From NCBI GenBank assembly GCA_032718475.1, contig JAUCBJ010008071.1, positions 1 through 64,000 on the forward strand: a stretch of DNA of 64,000 nucleotides, in the 5' to 3' direction. Position 1 is the first letter of the stretch; each line of letters begins with the position of its first letter. Below the pieces are notes generated by a model. That model was given only the letters and a program-made list of their open reading frames with translations. It did not search any database and was not told where the DNA came from. This document shows, piece by piece, positions 34,244 through 44,476 of this stretch. A program made the position numbers and the translations under genes. The stretch comes from Nemertoderma westbladi. Lineage: Eukaryota > Animalia > Xenacoelomorpha.

Positions 34244-37200
34244 TCAGGTCAGGTCAGGTCCCCAGATCCTGCTACCACTATGGCAGTAATGTGGTACTAC
34301 CTGTAGCTGTCAGCCCAGTAGGGCAGGCCTGATAAGCATAGCCTATTCATTATTTAGTTGATCAAGAGTGGGTTGGTTCAGCCCCGTCAACTAAATAAGT
34401 CATTGAGGGCTATAGCGCCTAGGGCACTATTGAAGGCAAAGGCTTGATACGCATCTGCATTAGAGATGATACAAGCCCCGCCCTGTCTATACTGGATGCT
34501 CCTCTACCTGTGTTAGGTAACCTAACCCAGGAGGCACACTTGGTTCAGGGTGTAACAAATGGACCCCTACAGTCGGCAGCAGGGCTGTAGGCCATGGATA
34601 GGCGGAAGGTAATCAACAAACGGCTAGACATGCTGACAAGGTCGGCGGAAGGTAATCAACCAACGGCGACCTACTGCGAAGACGCTTGTAGGAGTTGCGA
34701 CCACAAGCGGTTTACTCCCGCAACTGAAAGATATGAGTATGAGAACCCTCCAGGAGAAATACCGGCTCGGTCGTCGCCCGGGTCAACAAGGACCGCGTCC
34801 CTCAGTGGTACACCAGGCTGGGGTCGATAAATTGGCTACTGGAACAGAAGACAGAGAAGAAAGAAGAACCAACCTGTTGAAATGTAAAAAGACACTAAAG
34901 ATTGCTACAATGAACGCACGCACGCTGAAAGCACAGAGCAAACAGGGTGACATGGTCGCTCTGGCAATGGAATATAACATCGACATCATCTGCATCCAAG
35001 AACAACGGATTTGTCATGTAGACACTGCCATGAAGTACAATGACATTGGAAATGGATGGACGTTAGTAACAAGCTCAGCAGTAAGAAACTCGGCCAATGC
35101 ATCAATTGGTGGAGTAGGAATTCTGCTAAGCCCATTTGCACTTAAGACCCTAAACAACATCGAATCTATAAATTCCAGGGTTATGATCGCAACATTTGAT
35201 GGGAATCCCAAGACAACAGTTATATGTTGCTACAGTCCAACCAATGCATCAGAGCCAGAACAAGCAGTCAAGTTTTATGAAGAACTGACTGGACTTATTA
35301 AGGACATCCCGAAACACAATGTTAAAGTCATTGCTGGTGACCTGAATGCACAAATTGGCCCAGAAGACATCAAGGGTTACACCTATAACACCAGTTCTAA
35401 CAGAAATGGGTACTTACTCTTAGACCTAATGGAAGAATGTGAATTGATACCAACAAACAACACATTCGAAAAGAGTAAGGGGAAGCTATGGACCTTTCAA
35501 TACCCTAATGGAACCAAAGCACAACTGGATTACATCCTTATAAACAAAAAGTGGAGAAATAGCATGATCAACTGCGAGGCATACAGCTCGTTCAACCTAA
35601 TTGGTTCGGACCACAGAATTGTGACTGTAGAGATCAGACTCAGTTTGAGAGCCAGCAAACCCAGAACAAGCAAGCAAATCAACTATGACTGGGAGAAACT
35701 CAGAACTGACAATGCTGTAAAGGATGCTTATACAGTAGAAGTTCAAAACCGCTTTGAAGCACTTCAGTCAATGGATGAAGACCAATCCACCGATTCAATA
35801 TACCAGAATATAATAACAGCCCACAAGGAATCAGCTAAGAGGCATATCCCCCAGAAACCTAAACGAAAACAGTATGTGCCATGGCAAAACTCTGAGGTTA
35901 CTTGTAAGAGAGAAGATCTTAAGATAGCCTACAAAGTTAAAACCGAACAACCAACAACCGAAAACATTAACAAGGTTGAGAAAGCTAAGGACGATCTTAA
36001 ATTGGCCTACAACATCAGCCAGGAAAAGTACATACAGGATAAAACTGAAGCAATTACAACTGCTCACATACAGCAACAATCAAGACTTACCTGGCAGACT
36101 GTAAATGAGGTATCTGGTCGGAAAAGCTGTGCAAAGGGGCGCCTCAAAGCCGATAGTCCTGAAGAATGTGTTGGGAAGTGGAAAAATCACTTCAGCAACT
36201 TGCTTGGGCAGCCACCAAACATCGAGGTCAGCCCTACAAGGAAAATATATGACAAGACACTACCTATAGAAACAGGGGACTTCACACCTGCCGAACTCCA
36301 AAGAAGCATTAAAAGCATGTCCAATAATAAAGCGAGTGGATTAGATGAAATCCCAGCGGAGGTATGGAAAACCGGAGTGCTAAATAGACCATTATTGAAT
36401 GTTTGCAACCGGATGTTAAAAGGGGAAAAGCCACCACCAATTTGGACTAAAGGTCAACTAAAGCCTCTCCCCAAGAAAGGAGACCTCGGCATACCAACAA
36501 ACTATCGTGGGATCTGTCTGCTTGTGGTAGCTGCCAAAATATACAATAAAATGATTCTATATAGGATTAGGCCTCACATAGAGAAACTACTGCGTAAGAG
36601 CCAAAACGGATTTCGACCAAGTAGATCAACAATAGCTCAGATACTTGCACTACGGAGACTGATTGAAGGAATTAAGTCAAAGAATCTCCCCGCAGTCATG
36701 ACTTTTGTGGACTTCAAGAAGGCATTCGACTCCATCCATAGAGGTAAAATGCTTGAAATCCTAAGAGCTTATGGAATACCAGAAGTAATTGTTGCTGGCA
36801 TTGGATTGTTATATTGTGACACAGAAGCGCAGGTACTCTCACCAGATGGTGAAACTGAGTTTTTCTCAATCCTGGCTGGCGTACTGCAAGGTGACACATT
36901 AGCACCATTACTATTTGTAATTGTGCTGGATTACGCAATGAGGACGGCCACAAAGGGTGAAGATCTGGGATTCACACTTCAAGAACGCAGAAGTAGTAGA
37001 TATCCGGCAACTACAGTCACAGACACCGACTTTGCGGATGACATCGCCCTGCTCTCTAATACGCTAGCTGATGCACAGCTTCTACTAAATAAAGTGGAGA
37101 GGGCTGCTAAGGAGGTTGGATTGCATATAAATGCTACCAAGACCGAATTCATGACCTTTAATGTTGATGGAAACTTGACAACCATTGATAATAATCAACT

Positions 37201-37787
37201 TAGGAAGGTAGATGACTTCCAGTACCTTGGATCGTGGATAGAGAGTAGCAAAAAGGACATAGAAGTTAGGAAAGCAAAGGCTTGGGTAGCTCTATCAAAA
37301 ATGGATACCATCTGGAAATCAGATCTCTCCAGGCACCTGAAGACCAAGTTCTTTCGAGCCACAGTGGAAAGTGTATTTTTATACGGTGGTGAGACCTGGA
37401 CACTGACTAAATCACTTGAACAACGAATTGATGGTTGCTACACAAGACTACTAAGGGCAGCCCTAAACATCAGCGGGAGACAACACATGACAAACGCCGA
37501 GCTTTATGGTACAATACAACCTGTATCAACCACCCTCCGTGAGTGCAGATTAAGATTCAGTGGGCACTGCTGGCGAAGTAAAGACGAGGTCATACCAGAT
37601 CTACTTTTATGGCAACCAACTCATGGAAAGCGTAGTCGTGGACGACCTGCCATAACATATATAGATCAACTTGAAAGGGATACTGAACTTGGGAGAAACG
37701 AAATTGCGACAACTATGGAGAATCGGGAAGCCTGGAAGGATCTAATTTCCACTGTCCGAGTTCGCTCGACCTAGTAGTAGTAGTAGT
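34244..37787 (+). mobile_element. Full-length RTE-clade LINE (family B)
   Basis: ~490-bp structured 5' UTR starting with (caggt)3, single long ORF, essentially no 3' UTR, (TAG)n tail. Confidence 0.93.
34733..37774 (+). CDS. RTE ORF: APE endonuclease plus reverse transcriptase (1013 aa, uninterrupted)
   Basis: ATMNARTL, IICIQE, CYSPT, AGDLNA, QLDYIL, SDHR (APE); NYRGI, QNGFR, FVDFKKAFDS, GVLQGDTLAP, DFADD, YLGS (RT). Confidence 0.96.
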   Translation: MSMRTLQEKYRLGRRPGQQGPRPSVVHQAGVDKLATGTEDREERRTNLLKCKKTLKIATMNARTLKAQSKQGDMVALAMEYNIDIICIQEQRICHVDTAMKYNDIGNGWTLVTSSAVRNSANASIGGVGILLSPFALKTLNNIESINSRVMIATFDGNPKTTVICCYSPTNASEPEQAVKFYEELTGLIKDIPKHNVKVIAGDLNAQIGPEDIKGYTYNTSSNRNGYLLLDLMEECELIPTNNTFEKSKGKLWTFQYPNGTKAQLDYILINKKWRNSMINCEAYSSFNLIGSDHRIVTVEIRLSLRASKPRTSKQINYDWEKLRTDNAVKDAYTVEVQNRFEALQSMDEDQSTDSIYQNIITAHKESAKRHIPQKPKRKQYVPWQNSEVTCKREDLKIAYKVKTEQPTTENINKVEKAKDDLKLAYNISQEKYIQDKTEAITTAHIQQQSRLTWQTVNEVSGRKSCAKGRLKADSPEECVGKWKNHFSNLLGQPPNIEVSPTRKIYDKTLPIETGDFTPAELQRSIKSMSNNKASGLDEIPAEVWKTGVLNRPLLNVCNRMLKGEKPPPIWTKGQLKPLPKKGDLGIPTNYRGICLLVVAAKIYNKMILYRIRPHIEKLLRKSQNGFRPSRSTIAQILALRRLIEGIKSKNLPAVMTFVDFKKAFDSIHRGKMLEILRAYGIPEVIVAGIGLLYCDTEAQVLSPDGETEFFSILAGVLQGDTLAPLLFVIVLDYAMRTATKGEDLGFTLQERRSSRYPATTVTDTDFADDIALLSNTLADAQLLLNKVERAAKEVGLHINATKTEFMTFNVDGNLTTIDNNQLRKVDDFQYLGSWIESSKKDIEVRKAKAWVALSKMDTIWKSDLSRHLKTKFFRATVESVFLYGGETWTLTKSLEQRIDGCYTRLLRAALNISGRQHMTNAELYGTIQPVSTTLRECRLRFSGHCWRSKDEVIPDLLLWQPTHGKRSRGRPAITYIDQLERDTELGRNEIATTMENREAWKDLISTVRVRST

Positions 37788-37789
37788 AA

Positions 37790-37910
37790 ATAATTATACT
37801 GTATAACGGTTAATATATTATACTGCATAACGGTTAATATATTATACTGTATAATGGGCTAATATATTATACTGTATAAAGGCTAATATATTTATACTGT
37901 ATAACACGGA
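37790..37910. repeat. ~24-bp tandem repeat (ttatactgtataacggttaatata) next to the RTE tail
   Basis: 4-5 degenerate copies. Confidence 0.7.
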
Positions 37911-39379
37911 CTAATGTAGGTACAGCGCCATATACCGTAACAAAAGGGGTGCCCCAAAATACCTCTTATGTGCTGTAAACTAAATATTAAACATCTCCTC
38001 AAATTACAAAACTACAGAAATCGTGGAAGTATAAGAATGACTCCTACCGAAAAGTAACCTATAGTAGTCAGTAGCTAGTGGATCTTAAGACGCGCGTGTG
38101 TGTGTGTGTGTTACGAATAAAACAATTTTGGTGTATCGCCGTTATACTAGGTTTTAGTGATTTTAATCAAAATACAATACTCGGGCGCTAGCTACTCGAA
38201 TAAGCTAGTCGCACGCTGTAGGCTCAATACTTACAAACTGACGTCAACACTCATCCTCTCTCTCTCCTTATCCACAACTCAACCGGGCAATTACGGTGTT
38301 AGTAACTACACCCGTGATCGGCACTAAATACCAGATTCTGATTGTGAGATAAGAGAATAGGTGTTAATTACTACCGTACGTTAGCTGATCTGGTATACAA
38401 ATTTATTCTAGAACTTTGTTACTGCGGTGGTTAGCAGTAAATACCTATCAGTACGTGGCAAGGGCGCGGTAGGATGTTAGTAAACCTCCCTAGGCCAAAC
38501 ATGTGCCGGTAGCAGAAAGCTGCCTCTTGCCTGATCAAATATTTTGGACTCAGACAGGTCGGGCAAACTATAAGGCCTACAAAGCTGAACCGGTACCGTA
38601 CTGTCAGTACTGCAAATCACCAAATTATAGAGCATGTGCTATTCGCACCTAAAGTGTACTTGCGCGTACTAACGAACAGCAACAGCTCACACCTGTAGGA
38701 GATACAGGTTGATCCGGGGTTTTTCCTGTCTGAATCTGAGATATTTAATCCTAAATTTTACGGCGTCCCAGGACGGCGTCACGCTTTACCCTGATCTAAG
38801 GTCTTACTGCGGGCAAGGGCGTCAAACAAAGTCTTACCTTCCTCTGAAGTGGGCGCTTTATGGCAAGAGGTCATACTTCGAATGGGCGCGGGCGAAGATA
38901 ATGTGGGCGCTTAATGTGTTGTGGACATCCTTTCCCTGCGTTGCTGAAGCCTAACGGTCTAGGCAGCCATCTCCCAAGCGTTTGGCCGTCCCAAAGGTAG
39001 ATACGTTAAAACTACATGTTCAAGAGTTTGCAGTATATTAACGTAATTACAAAGACTTATCAACTTAAACTTTACAAATAACAAAAGGACTAAACTAAAG
39101 TAAGAGAGATAAGTAACAAATGACAAGGGTTATAGTGATAATGACATTGTGCATTAGTACACTAAGGTGATAACCGAAGGATAAACTGCCCCTTATATAG
39201 CAAATCCTAGGCATGGAATTAACTAGTACATTCGACAACATTCCATGGCCGCACATTGGAGCAATAAGTTATTAAATGACCCTATGATTGGCCCAACCCA
39301 TCGTTCCATGTGTTGTACGCACCTCATTGGCTTACCTAATTTAATGAAACCGAAAATTTAACAGCCAAAATGCAAATTT

Positions 39380-39450
39380 CCCGACCAAGATTCGAACCCC
39401 TGACCTACCTAGAATGTAACCAACGCCTTAACCTATCTGACCACTGCGCC
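39380..39450 (-). pseudogene. tRNA-like sequence (tRNA pseudogene or SINE head)
   Basis: Minus strand ggcgcagtggtcagatagg...ggggttcgaatcttggtcggg: A and B boxes, poor acceptor stem. Confidence 0.5.
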
Positions 39451-39725
39451 AATAGAATCACCAGTGAACTTATAACTACTAATAGGAAGTAGGCATATTA
39501 CAACTACTACAAATCAAGGCAAAATACGTCGGATTTAGAAAGTTTTTACGTGGTACTGTAGATTGCTACTTAACAGTGAAATAATCCAACAGGGGGGGGG
39601 GGGGGTGCAGATTAAAAGGGCTGAACATATACTGTCCCCCTTTCTTTAATTGATTGGTGGTGTGGGTAAATTTCTCAAATACTGATTTTGTGATACAGTC
39701 ACTCAATTTTAATTTGTATCTCATA

Positions 39726-39960
39726 ACTGGGCCTCGTGCTGCGCGAAGGCCCCACGAACGTGTTCTGTTGCTCTGTTGTTCTGTCGATCTGTTGTTCTGT
39801 CGTTCTGTTGTGTCCAATTTTAAACGTTAATAACTCAGCCAAATGTTAATGAAATTTAACCAAACTTGGTACACATGTAGTCTGGCAAAAGTTTAGAAAT
39901 TTTCCAAGTTGAATTTGCGTGGGGTCTTCGTGCAGCATCTGTGTAACTGTCCTACAGTTA
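39726..39960 (+). mobile_element. 5' end of another Helentron/DINE-like element
   Basis: gggcc...cgtgctgcgcgaaggccc hairpin shared with the 21744 end, (ctgtt)n microsatellite, aaacttggtaca motif. Confidence 0.5.
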
Positions 39961-41990
39961 TAATAAATTTATCTACCCAAAAATTATTAGGCTTGGCATC
40001 AGCTGGTTGCTAGGAAACTAAATCGGCTGGGTTTCTGGCAAATTATAAAATTACAGTAATACCATTGTTGGCCTGTCTGCCTGTACTATACTCAATCCCT
40101 GAATCTGGAATCAGACAATACTATCATACTGTATTCGGTGTTTTACGGTACTGGCTGAGTAACCGGTGCAGTGATTATAGATCACGTATACTGGTACAGG
40201 ACAGGCCTAATTCTGTAATTCCAGAATTCTGTAGGCCCTAATTAGCCATGCACTGCAGTGCGGACTGCGGTCCTGAATTAGTTTAGAGGGTCTGTTGGCG
40301 CCGTACCGCCCTACTACTGTCACTGTGAGACTGTACAGTACAACCGGCTGACCGGACCAGTAGCAACTGCCAACTACATAACTACCGGTACGGTACTGAA
40401 CTACGACAACACTACCGCATTTCCATGCTCCTGTCAGCAATGAAAGAAAATTAATTTCTTCGTTTACGGTTTCTGCTCTTGTTAACGGTTTAATATGTTA
40501 ATTAAAGACTATGTATTGGTACGACCGACGGCACCGGCAACTGGCATAATCAGATGTAGATGTACATAACAATCTGCCAATACAACAATAGCAATAGGCC
40601 TACCCCTACCAACCATCCATCGACTCGGCAACTGCAACCATGGAAGGTATGCGGACTACCCAGCTGACCGGCATTCTAAGTTCAGCTACCCACTACCTAG
40701 AGTCTACCCAGCTGCCCAGAGAAGTGTTGGAATTGAAATCAAACAACTCACCACCAAGGCCGCCTCTATGTCTGTTGACCTCGACTTTCGGTATCGCTTC
40801 CGCTATGGGCAAAATAGACTAACCATAACCGAGGATGAAATATTCCGGTTTTTTAATCTCACTCTGCCATCACCCAGTGCCCGGCGGTGTTGAAATTGCC
40901 ACGCATAGTACTAGTAGTGCAAGCTTAATAAATAATTAATATATGGCGATATTTCAGACCATCATGATAAGCGAAGCTCTTATTGTTAATTACATCACGA
41001 TTGAGAGTTGTCACAAATTGAATACCGTAGCAATATCAATATAATTAGACCAAAGACTTGTCACAATACGTTTCCTCTAAAGGAAAACACAATCACCAGA
41101 CTTGAGTCCTTACATAATTAATTAGTCCGACATTTGTTTGTTATACTGTGTTGTCACACCCTCTCGGTACTGTATATCAGTGAAATATAATAGATGATCA
41201 AATACCGTATTAGACTGAGCAAAAATAGAGCAAATCAATACATCGTGGGAGAAAAAGGAGAAACAAATAGATACACTAGAACGGCCTTTGTTGAAGGTAC
41301 ACTACCGCCATTCCCGTTCAATGTATCAGACCGGACATTAGGAGTCATTTCTGTATGTTTTATTAAGTAACCGGACGATGTCAAAAATATACGAAAATTG
41401 AGATTGAAAGAACGTTTTTTATCAAATGCGCTAACAGATCACTACAAAATGTCAGATCTACTGTAGCCTAGGTAGGATACCACCAGCCACTCGGTGGGAT
41501 AAATATTTCTCCATTTGACGCAACACCGCCGCGGCCGCTATGAGGGAGGTGAATACCGCGGCCGCTCCTAAAGCCGCAGGCCATCGCTAACTATATAGGT
41601 TAACTTGGGATTCTGGGGGACTTTTCGATGAAGGAACAGACCAAATTTTTTTATTTTCTCACCAGGGGAGCGGCTCGGAATTCTAAGATATTAGCAACTC
41701 TAACATTATTAAATCTAACCCTTCGACGGACACGGCGGACAAAAATCCGTCATTTTTTCGACAATTTTAAAAAATTTTTTTGGAAAGGCGCTCTACAGTG
41801 GCTCGAAAAAACCCTAGGTTATTGCTTAGCCGACGCCGGGATACGATAGAAGGGATTAATTAGTGAATTCGTTTTGTTTTTCAAAAAAGATTACCACGCC
41901 TTTTTTCCGAAAATGTCCGTCAAAGTTGAAAAAACGGACAAAATGACTTTGCGGGATCCGCTATAACTCGGCTAATATTAATCGTACTCA

Positions 41991-42165
41991 GAATCCAGTC
42001 TCCCGGGTATATCCAGCGGGTGAATGGACGCGCACTAGGCTGGCTTCTGCTAATGTTGTGTTTATTGGTATTAAATATTTGTCAATTTCTAAAGTCTATT
42101 TATAAACCAAAAGACATATAAATTTTGGCAGGTTAAACTGCTAAAGGTCTTCAAAAGCGCGTACA
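41991..42165 (+). repeat. Residual 3' 175 bp of the 5' LTR
   Basis: gaatccagtctcccggg...aaaagcgcgtaca matches 60733-60907. Confidence 0.88.
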
Positions 42166-42229
42166 ATAACAGTTATTGACTTTATTGCAGTAAGCAATAA
42201 AGTTGAAAGTACCGGTCGACCGGTAAACC

Positions 42230-44400
42230 TGAACCGGTACTGCTGTAGGTCTGTAGGCCCAACTGCCAGAATCGGTACTGCTGTAGGTCCGTAGGCCCAA
42301 CTGCCAGAATCGGTACTGCTGTAGGTCCGTAGGCCCAACTGCCAGAATCGGTACTGCTGTAGGTCCGTAGGCCCAACTGCCTGAACCGGTACTGCTGTAG
42401 GTCTGTAGGCCCAACTGTCCTAACCGGTACTTCCAGTATAAGTACATTAGTATTATTCGATTTTGATTATTGTATACCGGTAGGTCTCGATATTAAATCG
42501 GGGACGCCTGGTTTTTATTGGGATTTTACTTAGGTCTATTTCTGTCAGTTTATTTCCTAGTAAGTTAATATTGAGCTGAAGACGTGTAAGTCTGCTCAGA
42601 TTGTTCAGATAATTGTAGGCCGGACTATTGTCGGACTGTTGTTGAGTCTGGAGAGATTGCGGCGTGTGTGGAGTTTGTCCGATAAAGTGCCAGTTAGTAA
42701 GTTGGGGCAGCCAGAGCTGTAAGGTCAATCCCCTCTTAAAGAATAAGTCGTACTACCGTGTTAGAACGCATACTAACTAACCATTTCGGAATCTGCATAT
42801 ACTGTAGTTTATTTAGGCTTGACAGTATTCTACCAGCGTTTTGGCCTGTGTTTGTTTGTGTGGTCTGTTCAGGTACCGTAATAGTTATTACTCAGATATT
42901 TTGTAGGCTGGATTGTTGTCTAGCTATTATTAGGTCTGAAGAGATTGCTGCGTTGTAGAGTTTGTCTGATAAAGTGCCAGTTAGTAAGTTGGGGCAGCCA
43001 GTGCTGTAAGGTCAATCCCCTCTTAAAGAATAAGTCGTACTACCGTGTTAGAACGCATACTAACTAACCATTTTGGAATCTGCACATACTGTAGTTTATT
43101 TAGGCTTGGTGGTAGTCTGCCAGCGTTTGGTTTGTATTTGTTTGAGTATTCTGTACGGGTAGCGTAATATTTATTATTCAGAGTTTATGCGATTATTCGC
43201 AACATTCATGTCCCCAAGTTTATACCTACAGTAATTGTGCTTGTTACACATACCGTTATAGTTAAATTAACCCCGGTACTACACGGGCTGCTTGGCGTAG
43301 GTAAAGACTGGTGACTTTGTGCTCCGGTCACTCCAGCAGATGCCGTGGTTCTTTTAACTGTTCAAGTATATTTAACTACTGATTATTTGTTGTACCAGTA
43401 CTTGTACCTAATTTAGGGTTTAGTGTACAGTGCTTTCTGAAAGTAATTAGTGTGTAGGCAGTATATTTGTGTTGTAAAGTGGTTAATAGGCACGTTGGAT
43501 CTGGTAGTCCGCGGTAATTAACTTCCAGGTAGGAACACTCCGTGATACATAACGTAGTACCTATAGCGATACGGCTATAGGTCGTCAGGCGGTGGTATTT
43601 TTCCTATCTGGACAGTGCAATATATTTACTACTACTTATTATTTTCAAATACCGTAGTACCCTGTCCATTGTAATAATCAGAATCCTAACCCTTTGTTAG
43701 GCTGGTTTGTAGACTTCCTGTAAAATTACCCTAAAAATTTCGTACGTAATATTTTGTTGTGTTTAATTAGAGAATAAATCTCACCCGTATCGTACGTAAT
43801 TTATAGTATTAAGTAACTTAGGTAAATTAGAATTATCTGTTTTAGTGTCCAATAATTAGCACTTCACTGAGAGCGCACAGCTTCTGTGTAGGGACTCCCC
43901 CCAGAAATAATAACATTTATTTCAAATATTGACAAAACCCATTTTAAACGGGTATATAAATATTATAAATCAACTCAAACGATTTATAAATAGTAGGCCT
44001 GCCATACAACAACTAGGTCTCAATATCAGTTGGACTACTGCTTAAATAACGGTAACAAAGTAAGTTAAAGTAACCAAGTAACCCTAAAATATTCAGAAAT
44101 TCAATTATTCTAAAATAATTGACATACCGGTATTTACCATAGGCTTATTATATTTATTTCTATAAATTTGGGCTGAAATCATACCGGTATTCTGTAATTA
44201 ATTCTAGTTCATAATTATACTTATATATACTATAAGTGTAAGCTGTATACCGGTATTCACGATAGGCCTATTATATATTTATATATATTTGTGCTAAAAT
44301 TATATACCGGTACTCTGTGACAAAACTAGTTTACAATACTTATATATATTATAAGTGTATACCGGTATTCTAATACACTGTAATAAATTAACGGTACTAG
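42230..44400. repeat. Tandem repeats in the retrotransposon leader: 37-bp x5-6 (42230-42435), 287-bp duplication (~42640-43140), degenerate ataccggtattc units (44120-44400)
   Basis: Direct repeats read from sequence; gataaagtgcc at 42681 and 42968. Confidence 0.8.
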
Positions 44401-44476
44401 GCCAACGGTCATACTGAATTACTAGACTTGCTTTAACTGTAACTATAGCAGTAGGCATTCAACCGTATAGCTAAAC

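Noticed and set aside
41195-41352. Exon-like stretch with weak iGluR-like words on either strand (LFVSPFSPTMYLIC on -, NVSDRTLGVIS on +)
   Set aside because: Minus-strand phase does not fit exon 29990, and the plus frame has an upstream stop and the wrong orientation; insufficient support
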